Shown: positions 25,130 through 31,767 of the stretch, piece after piece
Layout of the letters: the number at the start of each line of letters is the position of its first letter
Position numbering within the stretch: position 1 is the first letter of the stretch
IMG/VR virus record: IMGVR_UViG_3300010883_000008
Location: 66,668-99,426 of that record
Length of the DNA stretch: 32,759 nucleotides
Origin: a virus
Taxonomy: Duplodnaviria > Heunggongvirae > Uroviricota > Caudoviricetes
Strand: one strand, 5' to 3'
The notes under the pieces: model-generated
What the model saw: the letters and a program-made list of their open reading frames with translations, nothing else
Told to the model about the DNA's origin: nothing
The model's database searches: none
Translations under genes and position numbers: made by a program

Positions 25130-25528
25130 TTAAACGAAACCCAGTTCCCGTAACTTGTCAAAGTTCATGTGCATGGCTAGTTTACAGACTTGCATGCAGG
25201 TATCGTAGTTAAACTTCCCAATGTGGCAGTCCCGTTCGGACAGACCCAATTCGTCTGCCAGCCACGTGTATGCGGCCTTACGAGCCTTTCCGCGTTTTTT
25301 ACGCGACCCGTTGTTCCAAATTTTATCGAAGACTTCGTGGGCTGATGCCCGTGCCCGTCGCGTTAACCTGTCCGCAGGTTTCCCCATGGGTTCCTTGCTT
25401 CGTTGGTGGCAGCTATGCCGAATATCGCATCCTTGAGTCGGACAGAGGTAACGCCAGCCGAACTTTGGTGTCAGTACCAACTGCATAGGTATTTGGCAGT
25501 CTGGACACATCAATAGGAGGCGTCCCAT
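25130..25528 (-). CDS. DUF3268-like zinc-finger protein
   Basis: CPDC...YLC...C....CH.....PMG..AD..TR.AR..AH..FD.IW...R..AY.WLA..LG....CHIGKF. Confidence 0.75.
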   Translation of the reverse strand: MGRLLLMCPDCQIPMQLVLTPKFGWRYLCPTQGCDIRHSCHQRSKEPMGKPADRLTRRARASAHEVFDKIWNNGSRKKRGKARKAAYTWLADELGLSERDCHIGKFNYDTCMQVCKLAMHMNFDKLRELGFV

Positions 25529-25542
25529 AATGTACTCCTACA

Positions 25543-25578
25543 TAAAGAAACCCGCCTGAGCGAATGCCCAGACGGGTT
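25543..25578 (-). terminator. Intrinsic terminator
   Basis: RNA AACCCGUCUGGGC-AUUC-GCUCAGGCGGGUU-UCUUUA, 13-bp stem with G-U pairs. Confidence 0.8.
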
Positions 25579-25589
25579 GGGGGATTGGA

Positions 25590-26600
25590 CTAGGCTACCG
25601 GAGCGACTTTTCCTTCCACTACCGGGCCATTATCCATCGGGGCCGCACTCTCGATGCAGAGCAACGGCTTAGAGATCGTAACCGACTTCATGATATCGTC
25701 GAAGTCAGGCAATGCCGTCCCTTTGGTGAGGGATTCGGGGAAGCTGTCCCGGACACCACATTCTCGACAATAGTAAGTCTGCCCATGCGGATTGATATTA
25801 GCACTTCCGCACCCTGAACACAGAGCCGAGTTCTCAATCCCTTGTTGCTTGACCGTGGCATCGAAGATCCCGAATAGATGCTCCGGGGTGACCTGATTGC
25901 GGAAGTGCCGAGTATCCGGCAATGCTTCCAGAATGGTCGTGGCATGCTCTGGCAATGTTGCTGCCGTCCACAGAGACTCCACCGCATGGTTTCGGGCGTC
26001 CTTCACCTGATCACGCAGCGTATTGAAGGAGTTGACCAAAGTCATTCTGCGAGCCATTTTGACCCCCTCTTCGGACTTGGTCAACTTGATCTGCTCCTTC
26101 TGAAAGGCCGTACGTTCCTCCGCAAGAGTTGACAGCTTCTTGGCAAATTTCTCGTCGACCGTGTCTCGGGCCAATCGAGATTCGTCCCGATGGCGACCTT
26201 TGATACGATCCTTCATACGTTCCAGACGTTCCAACTTACGGTTCAACTCTTCCTTGAGGTAGGTGTCAACCGCGTGGTATTCCGCCTGCCGAGTTGCATC
26301 CTGGCGTTCGATCTTCATATCCAGTTGGGCCGTCTGGGTAGCCAACTCGGAGATTGCGTCCTCCGAAGTGTTGGGCATGTGGGTGTTGGCTTCCTCCGCA
26401 AACTCCCGCATCTCCGTGAGGTATTCCAGAAGGGTTCCTTGACGCTTGTCGACCAGTTTTTCGATGCGTTCTTTTTCCCGGATGCTGAGGGCGGTAATCT
26501 TGACCGTTTTTTGGATCACAGTGATCGTCTTAGATCCGTTCTTTTCAGCCGCATCAACTTGCTTCATAACGTCTTGCGAGACTGATGTTGTTTTTCCCAC
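25590..26600 (-). CDS. Coiled-coil protein with C-terminal zinc ribbon
   Basis: Long charged helical region; CSGCG...YYCRECG; GAGGAG SD with GTG start. Confidence 0.7.
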   Translation of the reverse strand: MGKTTSVSQDVMKQVDAAEKNGSKTITVIQKTVKITALSIREKERIEKLVDKRQGTLLEYLTEMREFAEEANTHMPNTSEDAISELATQTAQLDMKIERQDATRQAEYHAVDTYLKEELNRKLERLERMKDRIKGRHRDESRLARDTVDEKFAKKLSTLAEERTAFQKEQIKLTKSEEGVKMARRMTLVNSFNTLRDQVKDARNHAVESLWTAATLPEHATTILEALPDTRHFRNQVTPEHLFGIFDATVKQQGIENSALCSGCGSANINPHGQTYYCRECGVRDSFPESLTKGTALPDFDDIMKSVTISKPLLCIESAAPMDNGPVVEGKVAPVA

Positions 26601-26644
26601 GATAGAATCTCCTCAAAGGTTCAGTAAGGTAAATGTAAAAGACC

Positions 26645-26692
26645 CACCCTGCCGGATCATAGGGGGGACGGACCCTCCCCGGCAAGATGGTG
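26645..26692 (-). terminator. Extended interrupted hairpin, possible terminator
   Basis: CACC/GGUG, UUGCCGG/CCGGCAG and inner GGAGGG/UCCCCC stems, followed by GGUC-UUUUACAUUU. Confidence 0.4.
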
Positions 26693-26700
26693 TGTAGCGT

Positions 26701-27417
26701 TTAGGACTTGAGACGTTTTGCCAGGGCCTTGATCAGTTCCGGTCGACTCATGCGAGTGTACCCCGGAAGTTTAACCACCTTAGCCATGGTCTTGAGTGCC
26801 GAAGTGGTAAGCTCGTCATTTACTGACGATTTCTTAGCCACACGTTTGGTAGATTTCTTCGCGGCAACCTTTTTCTTGGTCACTTTCTTTTTGGTGGCCT
26901 TTTTCTTGGCCCGTTTGACCACCGCATCGGCCTTCTTTTTCACCGCCGCGATTTTCTTCTTTTCCGCCACCTTATTAGCCGCAGCCTTTTTCTTAAGCAC
27001 TTTCGTGGTAGCTTTTGCCGCCGCGACTTCTTTAGTAGTGTACTCGGTCGTTTTACCGTCGTACGCGGCCTTATAGTCTGCCTTGGTGATAACGCACTTT
27101 TTGGCAAGTACGCAAGTCCCCGTGACTCCCCCGTGAGAATCCGGACCAGACATGGTCACGTCTGCGGGGTCGACCAGCACTCGGAGAAGGACCTTACCAC
27201 CCGAGGTAAGTCGTAGACCGGGCTTGGTCACAAAGAGGTAGAATCCTGCGTGGGAGTCCGTCATTTTGGCTTCGAGTGTCCCAGGCCGCCAAACGAAGTA
27301 GAAAGTCGGGGAGACTAATTGATGATCTTTTCGTACCACCCACTTGTACGCATAGAAAGGCTGTCGGGGTAAGATAGCCTTGGTCGTTTGTGGGTCGTGC
27401 TTATATGACAAGCACAT
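26701..27417 (-). CDS. Protein with histone-H1-like Lys/Ala region and C-terminal Rho_N-like domain
   Basis: KKKAAANKVAEKKKIAAVKKK...KKKATKKKVTKKKVAAKK; LTTSALKTMAKVVKLPGYTRMSRPELIKAL. Confidence 0.7.
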   Translation of the reverse strand: MCLSYKHDPQTTKAILPRQPFYAYKWVVRKDHQLVSPTFYFVWRPGTLEAKMTDSHAGFYLFVTKPGLRLTSGGKVLLRVLVDPADVTMSGPDSHGGVTGTCVLAKKCVITKADYKAAYDGKTTEYTTKEVAAAKATTKVLKKKAAANKVAEKKKIAAVKKKADAVVKRAKKKATKKKVTKKKVAAKKSTKRVAKKSSVNDELTTSALKTMAKVVKLPGYTRMSRPELIKALAKRLKS

Positions 27418-27420
27418 GCG

Positions 27421-27729
27421 TTAATCCTCCAGTTCAAGGTCAGGGTTTGCAGCTTTCCATATCCGTTTGGATACTTGCTGCGATATCAGCTTTCCCAGTG
27501 CCGCATACGTGGGCGAGGGTAACAGTGTTTCGAGCATGACACGAAGCCTTTCAGCGTCGTCGTGTACACTCTGGGACGAAGGCACCCCACCGGATGGGAT
27601 GATAGCAACGTTATACACCGAAGGACTCTCAAGGGCAACCACCGTAGCCACATGACTGCTCCCCAAAATTTCGATCCCCGGGGGCACCTTTGGGGGCGGC
27701 TCCGGAGGTCGAATTATCAGATCAGACAT
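27421..27729 (-). CDS. Hypothetical protein
   Basis: 102-aa ORF tiling between neighbours. Confidence 0.6.
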   Translation of the reverse strand: MSDLIIRPPEPPPKVPPGIEILGSSHVATVVALESPSVYNVAIIPSGGVPSSQSVHDDAERLRVMLETLLPSPTYAALGKLISQQVSKRIWKAANPDLELED

Positions 27730-27732
27730 AGG

Positions 27733-28110
27733 TTACTCGGATGGTGGGTCGGCGTCTTCGTTACATACTCGGTTAACATGTCGGTAGTAATCCGACTCGA
27801 TCTCAAGGATGTAGTGACACCCGTCAGAGATTATGACTGACGTGTCAGGCAGACCCCAATCCCGTTGATTGACTTTGGCCTGTTTGACCGCCCAGAACAC
27901 CGTCTTAGACGAGACAATATATTGAGGACGTTCCCGGGGGGGCTTAATGAACAGGGCGTAGGGTCCCGGTAAAGGCACTCCTCCCAGTTCAGATTGGCTC
28001 TCCCCGACGTACTCCACCACAAAGGTAGAATCTTTGTGAATGTTGTTCGAGAATATAGTAAACTCATCCATGTTGATCATTTCCCTGACTCCGGATACAG
28101 ATTCGGTCAT
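27733..28110 (-). CDS. Hypothetical protein
   Basis: ORF track start 28356 rejected; ATG 28110 (or 28080) preferred. Confidence 0.6.
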   Translation of the reverse strand: MTESVSGVREMINMDEFTIFSNNIHKDSTFVVEYVGESQSELGGVPLPGPYALFIKPPRERPQYIVSSKTVFWAVKQAKVNQRDWGLPDTSVIISDGCHYILEIESDYYRHVNRVCNEDADPPSE

Positions 28111-28117
28111 CAGGTAA

Positions 28118-28128
28118 AGTGTACCACA
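28118..28128 (-). promoter_or_regulatory. Extended -10 promoter TGTG-G-TACACT
   Basis: Matches TRTGnTAnnnT; ATG 28110 lies 7 nt downstream. Confidence 0.5.
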
Positions 28129-28159
28129 GGACGAGCCTTTGCCACAAGGCGGATCGCGG

Positions 28160-28645
28160 TTATTCATCATCATCATCATCATCGTCATCTTCCTCAGGTT
28201 CAGGGTGCTTAGATTTCCAATCTGCGTTGTCGGCAGGCGTAACGAAGAGATTACCCTTGCACAGTTCGCAAGATTTGGTCTCGGTGCTGAATACTCGGAG
28301 CCCATCTTTGTTACGGGTCCCGATTTGTACCGTCCCTTGGAATCCCCGACCTTCACAGTCCAGGCAAAGTTCCAAACCTTCCCGCATCAGTTCATCGGGG
28401 AGTTTCGCCCGTGAACCAATGTATTCTGCCAACGTGCTTCGTTGCACCGTTGTCGAATTGTTGTAGCGGGAGTTGCTCCCATTTACGAAGACTTGAGCCT
28501 CGTCATCGCAGGCAGACTCAGTTTCGTAGATGTTGGTCTTAAGGATGACCCCATGTCTTGGGTCCCGACCATGCCGAGTAAATACGAAGAAATCTCGTAC
28601 TTTCAAGCGTTCAACTACCACCTCTTGTTTAACTTGGATGGGCAT
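28160..28645 (-). CDS. Hypothetical protein with DnaJ-like CxxCxGxG zinc motifs and acidic tail
   Basis: CLDCEGRG...CELCKG; EEDDDDDDDE. Confidence 0.7.
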   Translation of the reverse strand: MPIQVKQEVVVERLKVRDFFVFTRHGRDPRHGVILKTNIYETESACDDEAQVFVNGSNSRYNNSTTVQRSTLAEYIGSRAKLPDELMREGLELCLDCEGRGFQGTVQIGTRNKDGLRVFSTETKSCELCKGNLFVTPADNADWKSKHPEPEEDDDDDDDDE

Positions 28646-28654
28646 CGCATAATC

Positions 28655-28867
28655 CTATTTGAGTTTTCGCCACAATACGTCAACAAACAATACCGGCCAA
28701 ACTATGAAAATTATGATAGCTGTAAGGCCCGTCCACTCCGTGAGGGATTTGTACTCAGGTTCTTCGGGGTCTAACGCTCGGCATAACCCCACAAAGATGG
28801 GATAGGTAATAAATAACCCTATCGCAATGTGGAGAACAAAATAGATTTTGACTAGTTCCCAGAACAT
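28655..28867 (-). CDS. Small two-TM membrane protein
   Basis: Two hydrophobic segments; GGAG SD. Confidence 0.65.
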   Translation of the reverse strand: MFWELVKIYFVLHIAIGLFITYPIFVGLCRALDPEEPEYKSLTEWTGLTAIIIFIVWPVLFVDVLWRKLK

Positions 28868-28911
28868 GATTAACTCCCGCAGGTGCGTGTAATGTTTCCG
28901 ACGTTGGAGCC

Positions 28912-28940
28912 ATTATTGCATGCAACCACCTTCGAGTCAA
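28912..28940 (-). promoter_or_regulatory. Possible promoter TTGACT-N17-AATAAT
   Basis: Intergenic; -10 lacks the first T but has TGn upstream. Confidence 0.35.
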
Positions 28941-28948
28941 ATCACCTG

Positions 28949-29332
28949 CTACATATTATGGCGACGTTGTTGGGTCTCTTTAACCGTCAACAAAGTGAAG
29001 GGCTTTTGGATGATAGGTGTGTAGGGCTGAATCATCCCTAAAGCATCGACCCGATAGGTCTCCTTGCCCAAGCGTAGAGCTTGCTGTAGTTCGGCCCATA
29101 CTCCCGAGCCCCAACTGAGGTCTGAATAGTGCATCGCTACTACGAGGTCACAGGTAGGTATTACAGCCTCCAAGAAGTAGTCCATTCCCGACTCAGCGTA
29201 TTGGACTTGATGTTCGCCCTCTTCGGGGTCAATTATGTGGGCACCTTCCCATCGATGCTCTATAGCCCATCGGGGGCGACGTTTCTTCTCAAAAGGTAGG
29301 GGTACGGGATGGGCAAAATATATTTGGAGCAT
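28949..29332 (-). CDS. Nucleoside 2-deoxyribosyltransferase-like protein
   Basis: IYFAHP...IIDP...CDLVVA.....GSGVWAELQQALRLGK. Confidence 0.6.
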   Translation of the reverse strand: MLQIYFAHPVPLPFEKKRRPRWAIEHRWEGAHIIDPEEGEHQVQYAESGMDYFLEAVIPTCDLVVAMHYSDLSWGSGVWAELQQALRLGKETYRVDALGMIQPYTPIIQKPFTLLTVKETQQRRHNM

Positions 29333-29339
29333 GATTCTA

Positions 29340-29355
29340 GTGCAATTGATTGCAC
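29340..29355. repeat. Dispersed palindrome copy 10 (N4), GTGCAATTGATTGCAC, at gene junction
   Basis: 3 nt after stop 29359 and 7 nt before ATG 29332. Confidence 0.88.
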
Positions 29356-29358
29356 AGC

Positions 29359-29973
29359 CTAAAACTGAAAGTTGAATTTCTCGATGATAGGAAGGTTCAG
29401 GTTATATACCCGCTCAATCTCGCGGGGGCTACGAAACCAGTCTTGTCGATGTTGCTTACGTCGACCCGCCTTGTCATGAATTAGATCAGGCAGATCCACA
29501 CCCAACCTCGTACTGAGAGATTTGAGGTCTTCTGTTAAGTTATCAAATCTTATATACGTGTCCGCATAGGGTAACCCTGAAAGGAAGGTGTACGGAAGGT
29601 TGGAGTATTTTAGACAGATGCTACGGAGAGCTTTGGGAGATTTTTGAGTACCCGGTTTCCCAGTGTCTTTGGACAGAAACCAGAAATACAGAGACACACA
29701 AACGTCCCAAGGGTTCCTAACGAGGGTAAACTTGTGGTAAGATTTCCAGGCTTGCGGGAACCATCGCTTTATGTGGTAAGCCGTAGCGTGAGGGGGGCAG
29801 CCTGATATGTAACCTACTGAAGGTAGCTGAAGGGGTCCCGTAGGTCGGTACAGACGAAGAGACGTAGCTACATCGCGAGGGCCTAAGATTTGCCGCAATG
29901 CGAACTCAATCGAGGACGAGGCGACCTTTTTAGGTCGGATAAAGATAAACCGGTGCTTATGTGATATGATCAA
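29359..29973 (-). CDS. Sulfotransferase family 2 protein
   Basis: IISHKHRFIFIRPKKVASSS...PPHATA...KFTLVRNPWD..VSLYFW...IRFDNLTED; start revised to TTG 29973. Confidence 0.8.
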   Translation of the reverse strand: MIISHKHRFIFIRPKKVASSSIEFALRQILGPRDVATSLRLYRPTGPLQLPSVGYISGCPPHATAYHIKRWFPQAWKSYHKFTLVRNPWDVCVSLYFWFLSKDTGKPGTQKSPKALRSICLKYSNLPYTFLSGLPYADTYIRFDNLTEDLKSLSTRLGVDLPDLIHDKAGRRKQHRQDWFRSPREIERVYNLNLPIIEKFNFQF

Positions 29974-29985
29974 AATTCCAACCTT

Positions 29986-30021
29986 AAAAATCCCCCGACA
30001 GTCCGAGAACTGCCCGGGGGA
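29986..30021 (-). terminator. Intrinsic terminator in a promoter-proximal leader
   Basis: RNA UCCCCCG-g-GCAGU-ucucgg-ACUGU-CGGGGGA-UUUUU. Confidence 0.75.
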
Positions 30022-30044
30022 GAAACCCACCAAGGTTAGCCCTT

Positions 30045-30073
30045 AGTATAACGCACTAAGTCCAACCTGTCAA
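30045..30073 (-). promoter_or_regulatory. sigma70-type promoter TTGACA-N17-TATACT
   Basis: -35 at 30073-30068, -10 at 30050-30045. Confidence 0.85.
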
Positions 30074-30078
30074 TAGAA

Positions 30079-30219
30079 TTAACTATCGTCGATAGTCACG
30101 TCTTCGACGTATTCAACCCGTTCTTCGAGCGGGGCGTCTGATACAGTTCGAGTACGAGATTCGTACTTGGTCGCACAGTTACAAGTCGTACACTTCACAA
30201 CAGTCCACTTAGTAGCCAT
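30079..30219 (-). CDS. 46-aa protein with CxxCxC motif, not in the ORF track
   Basis: MATKWTVVKCTTCNCATKYESRTRTVSDAPLEERVEYVEDVTIDDS; AAGGAGG SD; has its own promoter. Confidence 0.75.
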   Translation of the reverse strand: MATKWTVVKCTTCNCATKYESRTRTVSDAPLEERVEYVEDVTIDDS

Positions 30220-30251
30220 GACAGCCTCCTTGTAGGGTTAGAGAAGACTGC

Positions 30252-30280
30252 ATTGTAGCTGAGTTAGTGTACTCCGTCAA
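30252..30280 (-). promoter_or_regulatory. sigma70-type promoter TTGACG-N17-TACAAT
   Basis: -35 at 30280-30275, -10 at 30257-30252; overlaps the end of the RHH gene. Confidence 0.75.
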
Positions 30281-30545
30281 GTTTTAGAGCGTACTCAAGA
30301 AGGACTTTGGTTACTAACGTGTTCAGGGACACTTCCTGATCCCTAGCGGCGATCACGAGCGATTCTTTGAGGTGTTTCGGGATGCGGGGAGTAATCATCG
30401 CATGATCTTTGGGGATGAAACTTTTACGTTTCTTCACAGAGGGAGCGGGTGGTGGTGGTGTGATTCCCATCTCTTGCGTTAAAGGGTCCGTCTTATTGGC
30501 GTTAAGTACTTTGGTGATAGCTCCGAAGGTTTTGTCGAAAGCCAT
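30264..30545 (-). CDS. Ribbon-helix-helix (Arc/HicB C-terminal-like) DNA-binding protein
   Basis: MITPRIPKHLKESLVIAARDQEVSLNTLVTKVLLEY; AAGGAG SD. Confidence 0.78.
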   Translation of the reverse strand: MAFDKTFGAITKVLNANKTDPLTQEMGITPPPPAPSVKKRKSFIPKDHAMITPRIPKHLKESLVIAARDQEVSLNTLVTKVLLEYALKLDGVH

Positions 30546-30557
30546 GGTGTTCTCCTT

Positions 30558-30572
30558 TTACCCGGGGGTAAA
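30558..30572. repeat. Quasi-palindrome TTACCC-N3-GGGTAA; inverted second copy at 30901-30915
   Basis: TTACCCGGGGGTAAA (30558-30572) is the reverse complement of TTTACCCCCGGGTAA (30901-30915). Confidence 0.55.
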
Positions 30573-30575
30573 TTT

Positions 30576-30592
30576 GTGCAATCGAGTTGCAC
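30576..30592. repeat. Dispersed palindrome copy 11 (N5), GTGCAATCGAGTTGCAC, at gene junction
   Basis: Begins on the stop codon at 30592, 30 nt upstream of the RHH gene. Confidence 0.8.
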
Positions 30593-30855
30593 TAGTGATG
30601 AATTTCTCTAATAAACTGATCTACCCATTTGGTGATGGTGTCCCGAACGATGGTCGTGCTGGGCGGGTCCTGATGTTTACGGGAGGACTTGGAGTGGTAG
30701 ATCTTACGGTGTATGAACTCGGCTAGATATAGCTCGATTTCGCCATCGGTTACTTTGGCGGAAGCCTGAACTTCTCTGGCAACGTAATCATAGCAAGTCT
30801 GGTAGTTGAGTTCAAACTTGTCGGATTTGGTAGGCTTGGCAGGATCAGTGGTCAT
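30592..30855 (-). CDS. Hypothetical protein
   Basis: ATG 30855 preferred over TTG 30879. Confidence 0.6.
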   Translation of the reverse strand: MTTDPAKPTKSDKFELNYQTCYDYVAREVQASAKVTDGEIELYLAEFIHRKIYHSKSSRKHQDPPSTTIVRDTITKWVDQFIREIHH

Positions 30856-30901
30856 GTTGGACTTTCTGAGCGTAAGCACGCGAGGTTAAGGAATGGAACT
30901 T

Positions 30902-31246
30902 TTACCCCCGGGTAACTTTCTCGATGGATGCCAGCATCTCGGCCCCTTTGGCGTAATGCGGTGACACCCGAGGTAAGAGCCAGAGTAAGAGTTCTACTTG
31001 TATGTCGTCATGGGCATTAACGGATCTTCCGTCGTCATACCATACCATCTGTTCATGAATGACGTTTTCTACGGAGTTATTCATTACATGGATCTTTTCT
31101 TTGTCACCACGTACTTGAGCAAGGCCCGGACGTTCATTGGTTTTCTCAAAGATGTACCATTCGAGTACGTCTGGACCCATTAGCTTGTATTGTCGTAAAT
31201 TGATGTCAGACTCGCCCGGCACCAGTTGGAAGGCAGATTCTCGCAT
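30902..31246 (-). CDS. Hypothetical protein
   Basis: 114-aa ORF, AAGGA SD. Confidence 0.65.
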   Translation of the reverse strand: MRESAFQLVPGESDINLRQYKLMGPDVLEWYIFEKTNERPGLAQVRGDKEKIHVMNNSVENVIHEQMVWYDDGRSVNAHDDIQVELLLWLLPRVSPHYAKGAEMLASIEKVTRG

Positions 31247-31268
31247 GGTTATGTGTCCTTAGTTGGCC

Positions 31269-31481
31269 TTAGGATTTGATTAGTCGAGTAGCTTTGACCG
31301 CAGACCAATCGAAGGATAGTCCACTTACCCAGTTGCAGGGACATAGCCATACTTCCCCCGCAGCATCCCGACCTACCGAAGCCAGAGACGATCCCCCGCT
31401 GTTCCAGTAGATCTTGTATAGACCCGAAGGTAGCTTATCCCGGCCCCCTGTAGTGTAGGGTACTTTCACGTGTTTAGCCAT
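31269..31481 (-). CDS. Hypothetical protein
   Basis: 70-aa ORF, GGAG SD. Confidence 0.65.
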   Translation of the reverse strand: MAKHVKVPYTTGGRDKLPSGLYKIYWNSGGSSLASVGRDAAGEVWLCPCNWVSGLSFDWSAVKATRLIKS

Positions 31482-31502
31482 TAGATTCTCCCGATTTTGC
31501 TA

Positions 31503-31519
31503 GTGCAATTGGGTTGCAT
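31503..31519. repeat. Dispersed palindrome copy 12 (N5, one mismatch), GTGCAATTGGGTTGCAT, at gene junction
   Basis: Overlaps stop 31519; 21 nt upstream of ATG 31481. Confidence 0.7.
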
Positions 31520-31767
31520 TAAATCCAGTTACAAATTGCGTAAACTACTAGGAACGCGACACTTACGATGAACGCCGTTGAGGGAGGTATTCTGTGCATG
31601 TGCTGGTGATATACATGCAAGGGGCTCCCATAAAATCTGTGGTTGTGTTCAGTCATTATCGAATATCCCTTCTGTGAAGATGATTTTAGTCCGAGCCACC
31701 AAGCCCTCAGCGGATGATTCTTGTGCTTCCCCGAGATCCCCGTGTGCATGCACCCAATATAAGGCAT
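31519..31767 (-). CDS. Hypothetical protein with C-terminal hydrophobic segment
   Basis: GGAGG SD before ATG 31767; the start is uncertain. Confidence 0.4.
   Translation of the reverse strand: MPYIGCMHTGISGKHKNHPLRAWWLGLKSSSQKGYSIMTEHNHRFYGSPLHVYHQHMHRIPPSTAFIVSVAFLVVYAICNWI

Noticed and set aside
26708-27076. 122-aa Phe/Ala-rich plus-strand ORF that looks like a membrane protein
   Set aside because: It is the antisense mirror of the Lys/Ala-rich H1-like region (AAA/AAG become TTT/CTT).
28111-28356. Poly-Met tract MTMMMMMMNN in ORF 27733-28356
   Set aside because: It is the GAT-repeat poly-Asp tail of ORF 28160-28645 read in another frame; the real start is at 28110 or 28080.
2117-31519. 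Interpreting the dispersed palindromes as a CRISPR array, integron attC sites or REP elements
   Set aside because: There are no regular spacers or cas genes, no integrase or RYYYAAC/GTTRRRY cores, the units are too short, and half lie in-frame inside intact genes.
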